Source: Opitutales bacterium (GTDB lineage: Bacteria; Verrucomicrobiota; Verrucomicrobiia; Opitutales; UBA2987). Taken from it: a stretch of DNA of 64,000 nt. The position numbers and the translations under genes were made by a program. Of the stretch, positions 9,709 to 19,948 are shown one piece after another. The stretch is from positions 768,001 to 832,000 of the forward strand of contig CBDDEL010000016.1 in assembly GCA_965226885.1 (NCBI GenBank), written 5' to 3'. The first letter of the stretch is position 1; the number at the start of each line of letters is the position of its first letter. The notes below the pieces were generated by a model. That model was not told where the DNA came from. It made no database searches and saw only the letters and a program-made list of their open reading frames with translations.

Positions 9709-10839
9709 TACCAAATCTCATTAGGTATGATAATAAGTTATTTGGCAGAAGCGTTTGCTTGAATGTGCTGCCAGCCTCCGCCAACTAAAGAGAGGACTTT
9801 TTCAGTGTCCTCCCACCAGTCTTTGAGATGGGTTGCGACGACTTCTTCGAGTCGCTCAATGCTCGGCCACAGTTTGTTGGCCGTTTGATCCTGTATCATA
9901 TCCCAAAGTCTTTCAATCGGGTTGAGTTCAGGACTATACGGCGGCAAATTCACGATATGTATGCCCGGGGGGACGTTGGGGTGCTCCGAGTCGTGCGGAT
10001 GGAAGCCTGCCCCGTCCCATACAACCACATGTTCCTCCTCAGGATATTGCTTTTTGATCTGTTGGAGGAAAGCCTCCGTCCACTGTAGATTCGTGCTAGG
10101 GGTTTGGATGCATACCATCTCGCCGTTGACCACGTCGAGGGCTCCGTAACAGTAGCTCCACTGGTATCTTGTCTGATATTTTTTGTGCGGCCGAAGCCCT
10201 CTTTGCGTCCAGCACCGGCGGTACACCGGAAGCAAACCAAAACGGCTTTCATCGGCAAACCACACCCGAACCCGATTGCCTCGGGTGAGGGAAAGCTCCT
10301 GGAGGATCTTAAAAAAGTCTCGCTTGAACGCTTCCGCTTTTGCCGAGTCCCGTTTCTCATGCACGGGGCGAGGGACTCGAAGCACCCCGGCGCATTTTTT
10401 TAGCCATCGCCACACCGTCTTGTAGGCGAAGGAGCGCCCGAAATGTCGCTCCAGCTCTTGCCCCGCCTGAACGGCTGTGTTCCAGCGCGCGACCTTCAAA
10501 CCATTGAGCAAGAAGGCCTCCACCTCTTTGTCGCAACGGCTTTTGATCCCGCCTTTGTAGGCGCGTGTAAGCACCGCCCCGAGCCCTGCAGCACGATATT
10601 TGTCAAACCAACGCTGGATCGTCGCTTTGCCTCGGCCCACGATGGCTCCAATTTCATCAATGCTGTGGTGCGGCTGGAAGCCCATTTTTAATGCCACCAA
10701 ACGCTCTTTACGCCAGCCGACAGCCTCTTTGTTGAGCAATTTCTTGATACGTTCACGGTCTTCATCGGTTCCCATATATCTTCTCATTCCGCCTTTATAG
10801 CTGTTTTTTAATCTTTATCAATCCTTTTGCGATTTGGTA
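9709..10839 (-). mobile_element. IS630-family element, copy 1 (1131 bp)
   Basis: IRs TACCAAATC...GATTTGGTA; TTA on both flanks; near-identical to 48136-49266. Confidence 0.93.
9738..10787 (-). CDS. IS630 transposase
   Basis: WFADESRFG, VVWDGAGFH, LPPYSPELNPIE (DDE_3-type). Confidence 0.93.
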   Translation of the reverse strand: MRRYMGTDEDRERIKKLLNKEAVGWRKERLVALKMGFQPHHSIDEIGAIVGRGKATIQRWFDKYRAAGLGAVLTRAYKGGIKSRCDKEVEAFLLNGLKVARWNTAVQAGQELERHFGRSFAYKTVWRWLKKCAGVLRVPRPVHEKRDSAKAEAFKRDFFKILQELSLTRGNRVRVWFADESRFGLLPVYRRCWTQRGLRPHKKYQTRYQWSYCYGALDVVNGEMVCIQTPSTNLQWTEAFLQQIKKQYPEEEHVVVWDGAGFHPHDSEHPNVPPGIHIVNLPPYSPELNPIERLWDMIQDQTANKLWPSIERLEEVVATHLKDWWEDTEKVLSLVGGGWQHIQANASAK

Positions 10840-10984
10840 TTATATCCAATTCCGGATATACTCCTTACCGGGAATTTATCTATATAGCGTTTTTCTCTCA
10901 CAGATCAAGGAGAACACAGAATGAGCCTCGAACTACAACATTGGCCGACCCTAGATCTAGAAGATGTTGCCTTATCCGGCCTCC

Positions 10985-11057
10985 CCTGCAAAACCTTAAA
11001 TACCAAACCTATGGAAATGCTCTCACTTAAAATGGTAGTGAAGATGGGGTCCGACCA
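10985..11057 (+). mobile_element. Degenerate right-end remnant related to the IS at 2976-4260
   Basis: CTGCAAAACCTTAAATACCAAACCTATGGAAATGCTCTCACTTAAAATGGTAGTGAAGATGGGGTCCGACCA matches 4189-4260 with several substitutions. Confidence 0.85.
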
Positions 11058-11222
11058 AATGTGCTGAGGGCGTTTTTTAGCTTTTAAAACGTATGTCCAA
11101 TAAGGGAAACCCCCTTGCAGGCTTTCATTTTTAATGTGTCCACAGTAGAGAAAGGCCAGAGCTTATCCGACTCCTCTTTTCCATGATTTCGTGTTTTGTC
11201 TGTAATTTTACCTTTTTCAGAT

Positions 11223-12550
11223 TGACGTGTACTGGATTTGTTGGACACGGGATTCTCTTATATTCATTGTTTATTGATTAGTGTGTCAGGCGGCTTGTTT
11301 TGGTAAAGGGTTTTGTTTTCTCGTTGCCCCCCATGGGGGGCAAATATTTTCCTCGAATTGGACTGGGCTTTGGTAACTCAGAGAGGAATGTTTGCGATAT
11401 CGGTTGTAGAAGATTTCCACGTATTCGAAGACAGTTGATCGCAGTTCGCGCTCGTCGGCAAAGTGGCGGCCTCGAATCGTGCTGGTCTTAAAGCGGCCGT
11501 AGAACGATTCCATGGCCGCGTTGTCGTAGCAGTTGCCTTGGGCGCTCATGCTCGGCTTCATGCCTAGTTCAGAGACCAGCCTCTGATAGTCGTCGCTGGC
11601 GTAGGGGCTGCCCCGATCGCTGTGATGAATAATCCCGGTGCGCAGTGTGCCGCGGGTCATGGCCGCGGCTTTGAGGGCCTTGCCAACCAGCTTCGCGTCG
11701 TTGTGGTTGGAAACGCTCCAGCCCAGCAGGCGTCGGCTGAACAGGTCCATCACCGTGGCCAAGTACATCCAACCGGCCAGGGTCCGTAGGTAGGTCGTGT
11801 CCGCCACCCAGACCTCGTCGATATGGGTCGGCTGGCCATGCTTTTTAAGCACATTGGGGCTGTAACCATAGGGATGGTTACTGTTGGTTTTTAATGGCTT
11901 AAAGCGTTTACTCTGGGTGCTTTTGATTCCCATTTCACGCATCAGACGCAGAGCCCGGTCACGGCCGCAATCGATGCCCTCATCATCCTTCAGATGGCGG
12001 TGCATTGGCCGATGCCCATAGCGGCCCTTGGCCTCTTTGTGTACCTTCAGGATCGCCCCCTTGATTCCCTCGTCCTCGATCCGCCGGGCCGAGGGCGCTC
12101 GGTGCCTCCAGCAGTAATAGCCACTGCGACAAATCCCCATCGCCGAGCATATTTCCTCGATCTTGAAGCGCCCCTCGTTGTCTTTGACAAACTGGTACTT
12201 CATTGTTCGTCCTTGGCAAAGTAGCCCACCGTTTTTTTTAGTATCTGGTTGATCCGCTCCGAGCGGCGCAGCTCTTTGCGAAGACGATCTATCTCGGCCG
12301 CCATCTCCTTCGGACTGCTCTGTCGCTTTGAGGTGGCTTCGCCCTGCTGATCGTCCAGATAGAGCCTCTTCCACCTATACAATTGGTTGGTGTTGACCCC
12401 AAGTTTGGTCGATACCTCGGTGGCGCTCAGACCATCGAGTATCATCAGTTGAACTGCCTCATTTTTGAACTCTATACTAAAGCGTCTTCTTCCCATGCTT
12501 CGATTCTCCATTTAGGAGAATCTCGTGTCCACTTTTTCCAGTGCACATCA
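11223..12550 (-). mobile_element. IS3-family element type B, copy 1 (1328 bp)
   Basis: ~38-bp IRs (TGATGTGCACTGG.. / TGACGTGTACTGG..); orfA 12200-12511 and orfB 11286-12203 (WVADTTY, HHSDRGS, DNAAMESF); no TSD. Confidence 0.95.
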
Positions 12551-13794
12551 CCGAGCGTAAAGGTCCCGAAGTGGGACGGCATACGGTGTCTGCGCAGAGC
12601 GTAGGACGCCACAGTCAGCAGATAGACGAGAGCCGGAAGGACGGCCGCGGCGAGGAGCAATTGTTCCAGTGACTCCGAGAACATTTCCACCGCAATACCG
12701 AGAGCGAGGATCAGGAGGATTGCCGGAATCGGAACGGAGGTGTTCGCGGACACCTTACAGAACAACCGGCTTCCCGGGAAGACACGGTCCCGGGACATCG
12801 CGTAGATCAACCGTGAGCCGGAGGCCATGATGATCAATCCACAGGCGTAGACGGAGACGATTATCAGTAGAAAGAAGAGGGACGCAGACAACGAACCAAG
12901 GTTCCTCTCGATGATCAGCGGAAGCGGGTATTCCGCTTGTGTAACGCTCGCCAGATCATTGATGCCCAATACCGTGAATATCAGGAAGAGGGTGCCGACG
13001 ACGACGCTCAAAGCGACGGAAAGGATCATTGCCCGGGGAACGGTCTTGCTCGCGTCGACGGTCTCTTCGGACAGGTTGGCGGCGGATTCGAAACCGACCA
13101 GGGTATAGGCGCCCATGAGCGATGCCATCATAAATGCCTGCCAGTAGCCTCCAGAGGTGGTCGCGTTTCCGGTGTTAAAGAGAATGTCCAGGGCCGGTCG
13201 CTCCCGGGCCGCCAGAATGGCGAAGATGATGACCAGGCCGACCATCCCGACGACTTCGGTGAATACGGCGCCCGAGTTTATGCGGCTTGCCAGCTTCACG
13301 CCGAAGATATGAATGACCGCTTGGGAAACCATCACGCCGCAAACGATAAGCTTGAGCGTGCCTGGACTGTTTTCGATGCCTGTCATGTATCCGATCACCG
13401 ACGCGATGCCGTGATCGACAGACGGGACAACAATGATCAGGAAGCAGACCGCAATCCATCCGGTGAACCATCCCCATGCCGGGCCGGCCAGCCTGCTCAC
13501 CCATTGGTAGGAATAACCCGTCAGCGGCATGCGCGCCGAGAGCTCGGCGAATACGAGCGCCACAAGCATCTGCCCCACGGTTACCAAGGGCCATGTCCAG
13601 AACCCCGCTGGCCCCGAGCGAGTAAGAACCAGGTGGTAGTTGACGGAAATCCCCGTCGTTATCGATATAAAGGAAAAAGCCACCGCGAACGATCCGAGAA
13701 AACGGATCGTCCTCTGTAGTTCCTGGCGGTATCGAAACGTCGACATCACCTGCCGATCATCCGAGGAACCTCTCTCGTCTCCTGTTATTCCCAT
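12551..13794 (-). pseudogene. APC-family amino acid permease, C-terminus truncated by IS3
   Basis: FAELSARMP, GFESAANLSEE and SRLIYAMSRD motifs; after ...FTLG the frame reads into the IS end (DVHWKK...). Confidence 0.85.
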
Positions 13795-14192
13795 ATTCTC
13801 AACCTAGATTTCCCATATGATCACTCATAGTCGTTGAAAATAGCCACTTTCTGAATTTTCGATCCAATTTTCTACTTTCATGGTGATTTGCAAATCTTAT
13901 CCTTCGTTATTCGATGATCAAATCGGCAGCATCTAGCAGCTATTGATGATTTTATCTTTGCCCGGTAGTATCAGGGAAAGACATTTCCCATTGTTAGAGG
14001 TTTCCGCAGCACTGGTAGCCTTCGCACGGTGGAACTTCAACTTGATTCGGCGGTTAAATTGAACCTGAAAATAGTTTTTTTGCGTCACTGATTGAATTTT
14101 TAGAATTTGCTTGCCATAAATCTACTTAAGTAACTTATTATTAATCACATAGCGATTATTTCAAGATAATTTTCTTATGCATTTGAGATTCA

Positions 14193-14726
14193 ATGATGCC
14201 TGATTCTAACGAACAACTAGAATCGGCCACTTTCGGGGCTGGATGTTTTTGGTGTGTGGAAGCGGTTGTTAAGCGTTTGCTTGGGGTTGTGTCTTTTTCT
14301 TCCGGTTATATGGGCGGCCATACGAAGAATCCCACTTATGAGGATATTTGCACCGGGCAAACGGGCCATGCGGAGGTTGTTCAGGTGGTTTTCGATCCTG
14401 AAAAAATCTCGTTCCGGGAATTGCTGGATGTTTTTTGGCAATTGCATGATCCCACGACCTTGAACCGGCAAGGGGGCGACACCGGTACGCAATACCGTTC
14501 AGCTATATTTTATAATTCGGAGGAACAAAGAAAAATGGCCGAAGAATCGAAGGCCAGTGAAGAGGCTAGCGGCCAGCACAATTCGCCCATTGTGACTGAG
14601 ATCGCTCCTGCGGAGCATTATTATGAGGCCGAAGTTTACCATCAGGATTATTATGACAACAACAGGGCCGCTCCCTATTGCCGGATGGTCATTTCGCCGA
14701 AATTGACGAAGCTGGGAATGAAATAA
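14193..14726 (+). CDS. msrA: Peptide-methionine (S)-S-oxide reductase
   Basis: GCFWC active site; GHAEVVQ, HDPT, QYRS, EVYHQDY. Confidence 0.96.
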   Translation: MMPDSNEQLESATFGAGCFWCVEAVVKRLLGVVSFSSGYMGGHTKNPTYEDICTGQTGHAEVVQVVFDPEKISFRELLDVFWQLHDPTTLNRQGGDTGTQYRSAIFYNSEEQRKMAEESKASEEASGQHNSPIVTEIAPAEHYYEAEVYHQDYYDNNRAAPYCRMVISPKLTKLGMK

Positions 14727-14750
14727 TTTTTTTCCGGCAGGCTTTCTTTT

Positions 14751-15404
14751 TCAGGCTTTGCGGTTCACAAACGGTTTTTTGCGGTTGGGGTAGCAGGCGC
14801 GGCAAATTTCGCAGACTGTTCCATTGCAGCCCCTGGCACTGCAATGCTCCCTGCCGTAATAGATGATTTGCAGGTGCAGCCGGTTCCATGTTTGCTTGGG
14901 AAAGAGCCGTTTGAGGTCTTTTTCCGTTTGCAGGACATTTTTCCCGTTGGTCAGACCCCAGCGTTGGGCCAGCCGGTGGATGTGGGTATCGACCGGGAAG
15001 GCGGGAAATCCGAAAGCCTGGGCCATGACCACGGAGGCGGTTTTATGTCCCACACCGGGGAGAGCCTCCAAATCCTCAAAGGTGGTGGGAACTTCTCCGT
15101 CGTGAGTATTGATCAGAATTTTTGACAAACCGGCGATGGCCCTGGCTTTGGATGGGGCCAACCCGCAGGGGCGGATGATGTCTTCGATCTTTTCGACGGA
15201 AAGGCGCGACATATCATGCGGATTATCGGCCAGGGCAAAGAGGGAAGGGGTTGTTTTGTTGACCCTCACATCGGTGCATTGGGCCGAGAGAAGAACCGAA
15301 ACCAGCAAAGTGAAGGAATCCTTGTGAGAAAGCGGAATAGCCGGTTTGGGATAAAGCTCATCCAACCGATTGAGAATATAAGCGGCGCGCCCTTTTTTAT
15401 TCAT
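14751..15404 (-). CDS. nth: Endonuclease III
   Basis: LLSAQCTD, HhH LPGVGHKTA, VDTH, C-terminal Fe-S cysteine cluster. Confidence 0.95.
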   Translation of the reverse strand: MNKKGRAAYILNRLDELYPKPAIPLSHKDSFTLLVSVLLSAQCTDVRVNKTTPSLFALADNPHDMSRLSVEKIEDIIRPCGLAPSKARAIAGLSKILINTHDGEVPTTFEDLEALPGVGHKTASVVMAQAFGFPAFPVDTHIHRLAQRWGLTNGKNVLQTEKDLKRLFPKQTWNRLHLQIIYYGREHCSARGCNGTVCEICRACYPNRKKPFVNRKA

Positions 15405-15529
15405 TATAGAAAATAATCGAAAATTTTTTTAGGTTGAAAAAGATTGGTTGTAGATCGCAATTAAGCTTTTAACTTTCAGAGTGCGATTTCCAGAATTTTT
15501 TCATAGCCGATAGCATTTTCAATCGAACC

Positions 15530-18523
15530 ATGCCAGAGATATTAAAGGGTAAAATCCTGCCTTATGATCCGACTGTCCTGCCGAGGGAACTAAAACGCCA
15601 TTATATCTCCGCCAGTCAAACGGATGTGGATGCTATGCTGGCGGAAAGCGGGCTGCAAAAGCTGAGCGACTTGTTCAAGCATATTCCGGAACCGGCATTG
15701 TTTGAAGAATTCTCGAATTTACCGGAGGAACTCTCTTATGAGGGCGTCATGGAGCGGTTGGAGGAGATCGCCTCGCGCAACAACCTTTTAGATAATTATA
15801 TGGGGGATGGATTGGGTGATTTCGAGGAGCACGAAATTGTGGATTATGTCTCGGGCATTCGGCGATTGACCACTGCCTATACGCCTTATCAGCCGGAACG
15901 CAGCCAGGGGACATTGCATACCCAGTGGATCTACCAATGCCTGATGGCCCAATTAACCGGGTTTGAGGCCATTAATTCCTCCCTTTATGACCGCTCGACG
16001 GCTTTGTTTGAGGCGCTCTTTGTGGCCCTTCGGCTGAAGCGCAGGGCTGACACCGCCATTATACCGGAAGCCCTTTATCCGGGAGATTTTGAGGTCCTCG
16101 AAACGCTGGCCCGGGATACCGAATTGCGGATAGTGAAAATACCCCTGAACCCGGAAACCGGCCGTATTTCCCACCAGGCGGTGGCAAAAGAAGCGCGCCG
16201 TTTGGGTGAACGGCTGGCGGCCATTGTTTTTCCGCAGGTCAATAATCTCGGAATCCTTGAGGAAGTGGATGGTCTGGCCGATTTATGCCTTGAAATGGGG
16301 GCTAAAAGCATAGCCGTTATCGATCCCATGCTGCTCGGCACGGGCGGGCTAAAACCGCCTTCCGAGTTTGGCCGGGAAGGTGTGGATATGATCGTGGGCG
16401 AAGGGCAGCATCTGGCTATAAGCCCGAATTTCGGGGGGCCGGGGTTGGGCGTTTTCGGAATTCGTTGCAATCAAAAGAGGAAAAACGATGTTCGACACAC
16501 ACCTGGCCGATTCGTGGGCAAGGCGGTGGATGCCGAGGGGCGGGATTGCCGTGTGATGGTGCTCTCCACTCGCGAGCAGCACATTCGGAAAGAGAAGGCT
16601 ACCTCGAATATCTGCTCCAACCAGGCATTTCTGGCCACCCTGGCCGGGGCCGCCCTTTTGGCCAGGGGAGAAAGCGGCATGGCCCGGATTTGCCGCATGG
16701 CCGGTGAACAGACCTCAACCACCGCCAACCAGCTCGCCTGCGTGCCGGGGGTGCGTATGGCATTCCCGCGCGAACCTTTTTTCAACGAATTCACCCTGGC
16801 CCTGCCGGTGAAGGCTTCGACCCTGATCGATAAGGGGCGGGAGCAGGGTTTGCTGATTGGCGTAGACGTTTCGTCCAGAGTCGGCGATGGGAGCCGCAGC
16901 CTGTTGAAAATCTCATTTTCGGATAAGAAAAAAGATTTAGAAAAGCTCGTCCGGTTTTTCGAGGAGCAGTTCGGCCAGAGGGAAATGGATTCCCCGCCAG
17001 TGCCGTCCATAGCTAGCCATCTGTTGAGGGGAAAACCGGCGGGATTACCGGAATTTTCCCTCAATGAGGTAAAGCAATACTACCGAGACCTGGGCAAGCT
17101 GAACGTCAGCCCGGACGATGCTTGTTATCCGCTCGGTTCCTGCACCATGAAATACAATCCCTATTTAAACGATTGGGCGGCCGGCTTGAAGGGTTTTACG
17201 GGAGTCCATCCCCAAGCGCCGTTGGAGGATGCGCAGGGTTGTCTGGAGATTTTGTTCGAGATACAGGAATGGTTCAAAGCGATCACCGGTTTGCCCGCGG
17301 TAACAACCCAACCGGTAGCCGGCGCGCAGGGGGAACTTACCGGCATCAAGCTTTTTCGGGCTTACCACCGGGACCGGGGCGAACCCCATCGCGATGTCGT
17401 CCTGATTCCGAAATCGGCACACGGGACTAATTTTGCCACCGCTGTGATGGCGGGCTTCGGTTCCGCCAAAGCGAGCGAGACCAAAGGCGGCATCGCCCTG
17501 CTGGAAGCCGACCAAAGTGGCATCATCGACCGTCAGGACCTGGAGGAAAAAATCAAACAATGCGGGCGACGCATTTGCGGGATCATGGTTACCAATCCCA
17601 ACACCAGCGGGATATTTGAAACCCATTTCAAGGAGATTGCGGATGCCATCCATGCAGTGGGCGGTCTCGTTTATATGGACGGGGCCAACATGAATGCCAT
17701 TGCCGGTTGGGTCGATCTGGGTGCGCTCGGTGTCGATGCGGTGCATAACAATTTGCACAAAACCTGGACCATTCCCCACGGCGGGGGCGGCCCCGGGGAC
17801 GCCATTGTAGCGGTCAGCGACAAGCTGGCGGATTATCTGCCGGGCTATTTGATCGATAAAAGGGATGGCCGGTTCGTTGCCGTAAAACCTGCCAAAAGCA
17901 TCGGCTCTTTCCATCGGCACTGGGGAAATTTTGCCCATAAAGTGCGCTGCTATGCCTATTTGCTGCGTCTGGGAAATGAAGGGATCCGCCGGATGTCTGC
18001 TGTGGCGGTCCTTTCATCGAGGTATCTCTACGAAAAGTTGCGGCGGGATTATCCCACGCTGCCGGCCCATGCCGAAGATGCGCCCCGTATGCACGAATTT
18101 ATCCTTACCCTGGCGGAAAAGGATTTTGAGACTCTGGAGGCGGTCAGCATACCCAAAGCATTGGCCCTTACACGATTGGGCAAACTGTTTCTGGATTTTG
18201 GGTTTCACGCCCCCACGGTGGCCTGGCCGGAGGCTTTCGGCGTTATGATCGAGCCGACGGAAAGCTACACCAAGGCTGAGCTGGACCGTTTCGAGGAGGC
18301 CGTCAGGCATATCCTGAAAATCGTGCGGGAAAAACCCGAGGCGCTCAAGCAGACGCCCTTTTTCACCCCCATCGACCGCGTCGATGAAGTGTCCGCCAAC
18401 CGGAATCTCATTTTGAGCGAACCCTTGCAGCAGCTGCCGGAACTTTCCCCGAACCGGCTCGATCCCGAATCGCTGGCCGCAATGAGCGTTCCTGATATTT
18501 TCAAAAAAATTATAAACAGTTAG
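15530..18523 (+). CDS. gcvP: Glycine dehydrogenase (P protein), single-chain fusion of GcvPA- and GcvPB-type halves
   Basis: TAYTPYQPE, TREQHIRKEKATSNIC, PLGSCTMKYN, PLP-lysine NLHKTWTIPHGGGGPG, IEPTES. Confidence 0.93.
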   Translation: MPEILKGKILPYDPTVLPRELKRHYISASQTDVDAMLAESGLQKLSDLFKHIPEPALFEEFSNLPEELSYEGVMERLEEIASRNNLLDNYMGDGLGDFEEHEIVDYVSGIRRLTTAYTPYQPERSQGTLHTQWIYQCLMAQLTGFEAINSSLYDRSTALFEALFVALRLKRRADTAIIPEALYPGDFEVLETLARDTELRIVKIPLNPETGRISHQAVAKEARRLGERLAAIVFPQVNNLGILEEVDGLADLCLEMGAKSIAVIDPMLLGTGGLKPPSEFGREGVDMIVGEGQHLAISPNFGGPGLGVFGIRCNQKRKNDVRHTPGRFVGKAVDAEGRDCRVMVLSTREQHIRKEKATSNICSNQAFLATLAGAALLARGESGMARICRMAGEQTSTTANQLACVPGVRMAFPREPFFNEFTLALPVKASTLIDKGREQGLLIGVDVSSRVGDGSRSLLKISFSDKKKDLEKLVRFFEEQFGQREMDSPPVPSIASHLLRGKPAGLPEFSLNEVKQYYRDLGKLNVSPDDACYPLGSCTMKYNPYLNDWAAGLKGFTGVHPQAPLEDAQGCLEILFEIQEWFKAITGLPAVTTQPVAGAQGELTGIKLFRAYHRDRGEPHRDVVLIPKSAHGTNFATAVMAGFGSAKASETKGGIALLEADQSGIIDRQDLEEKIKQCGRRICGIMVTNPNTSGIFETHFKEIADAIHAVGGLVYMDGANMNAIAGWVDLGALGVDAVHNNLHKTWTIPHGGGGPGDAIVAVSDKLADYLPGYLIDKRDGRFVAVKPAKSIGSFHRHWGNFAHKVRCYAYLLRLGNEGIRRMSAVAVLSSRYLYEKLRRDYPTLPAHAEDAPRMHEFILTLAEKDFETLEAVSIPKALALTRLGKLFLDFGFHAPTVAWPEAFGVMIEPTESYTKAELDRFEEAVRHILKIVREKPEALKQTPFFTPIDRVDEVSANRNLILSEPLQQLPELSPNRLDPESLAAMSVPDIFKKIINS

Positions 18524-18550
18524 TTGTTGATTGTTTTTTTATAAATAATA

Positions 18551-19219
18551 ATGACCTTTCCGCCCCGGATTAAAATATGCTGTATCAACAGCGTGCAGGA
18601 AGCCCGTTTGGCAATCCGCTACGGGGCCGATGCCTTGGGCCTGGTCTCACACATGCCGAGCGGTCCAGGGGTAATTTCCGAGGAGTTGATTGCGGAAATC
18701 GCAGGCATCGTGCCACCGGGAGTGGCCTCTTTTCTGCTGACCAGTTTGCAGGATGCGTCTTCAATTATCAGCCAGCATAGGCGCTGCCGCACCAATACGC
18801 TGCAATTGGTTGACCGGCTGGAAGAGGGTAGTTATGAGGATTTGCGTGAGGCTTTGCCGGGAATATCCATCGTGCAGGTGATCCATGTGCGGGGAGAGGA
18901 ATCGGTGGCCGAAGCGCTGGAATCGGCGGCTCACGTCGATGCCCTGCTGCTGGATTCCGGCAACCAATCTTTGAAGATCAAGGAGCTGGGGGGGACCGGG
19001 CGCACCCATAACTGGGATTTGAGCCGTGAAATCTGTCAAAAAACGGAAATCCCGATCTATCTGGCGGGAGGCTTGAATCCGGAAAACGTGGCCGCCGCCA
19101 TCAAACAGGTTCGACCCTTCGGGCTGGACCTCTGCTCGGGAGTGCGCACCAACGGCCATTTGGACGAGGAAAAGCTGGCCGCTTACGTTAGAAATATTCG
19201 CATTTGCGCAAGCAATTAA
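18551..19219 (+). CDS. trpF: Phosphoribosylanthranilate isomerase
   Basis: IKICC, LLLDS, GGTG, LAGGLNPENV, DLCSGV. Confidence 0.88.
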   Translation: MTFPPRIKICCINSVQEARLAIRYGADALGLVSHMPSGPGVISEELIAEIAGIVPPGVASFLLTSLQDASSIISQHRRCRTNTLQLVDRLEEGSYEDLREALPGISIVQVIHVRGEESVAEALESAAHVDALLLDSGNQSLKIKELGGTGRTHNWDLSREICQKTEIPIYLAGGLNPENVAAAIKQVRPFGLDLCSGVRTNGHLDEEKLAAYVRNIRICASN

Positions 19220-19297
19220 AGAAACTGCATTCATCCCAAAGTTTACTTGGTAAAAATATGGGAGTGATATTTGAGATCGGGTTTTTCTTTTTGACTA

Positions 19298-19320
19298 CTT
19301 ATGAGACCTTATGAGACCTT
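19298..19320. repeat. 10-bp tandem duplication (intergenic)
   Basis: CTTATGAGAC x2 followed by CTT. Confidence 0.85.
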
Positions 19321-19378
19321 TAGTAAATAGCATATTTTTAAGCAATATGGCATTATCACTGCTGGTGGATAATGCGAA

Positions 19379-19948
19379 GAGGTCAAGCTGCTGTAAGAAT
19401 CCGGGGCTGACGTAAATATAGCCGATAAAGATGGCGAAATACCGCTGTTTATAGCATCGCAATTTGGCCATGCCGAAGTGGTCAAGCTACTGCTGGAAGC
19501 CAGCGCCGATGTGGATAAAGCGCGTTCAAATGGCGTTACTCCGCTAATTATAGCTTCGTCTCAAGGCCATGGCGAAGTAGTCAAGCTGCTGCTGGAGGCC
19601 AGTGCCGATGTGAATAGAGCCCTTACTAATGGCGAAACTCCGCTATATAAAGCGACGTATCAAGGCCATGGCGAAGTAGTCAAGCTGCTGCTGGAGGCCA
19701 GTGCCGATGTAAATAGAGCCCTTACTAATGGCGAAACTCCGCTATATAGAGCGACGTATCAAGCCCATGCCGAAGTGGTCAAGATGCTGGTGGATGCCGG
19801 GGCCGATGTAAATAAAGCCGATATAAATGGCGCTACTCCACTATTTATAGCGTCGGAGCATGACTGTGGCGAAGCGGTCAAGCTGTTGCTGGATTCCGGG
19901 GCTGACGTGAATAAAGCCCGTTCAAATGGCGTTACTCCGCTATATTTA
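19379..19948 (+). pseudogene. Ankyrin-repeat protein remnant
   Basis: About six 33-aa repeats (G.TPL..A...GH.EVVKLLL..GADVN); in-frame TAA at 19394-19396; 3' end cut by the IS at 19949; repeats 19562-19660 and 19661-19759 differ at only 2 nt. Confidence 0.9.

Noticed and set aside
13800..14190. Possible ncRNA or gene relic in this intergenic region (also 44500-44750)
   Set aside because: No convincing ORF, motif or structure could be supported by eye.
15405..15529. Glycine riboswitch upstream of gcvP
   Set aside because: Short AT-rich divergent promoter region with no recognisable aptamer.
19562..19759. Near-identical 99-bp repeats as a diversity-generating retroelement TR/VR pair
   Set aside because: They are adjacent in-frame ankyrin units with two differences, and no reverse transcriptase is present.
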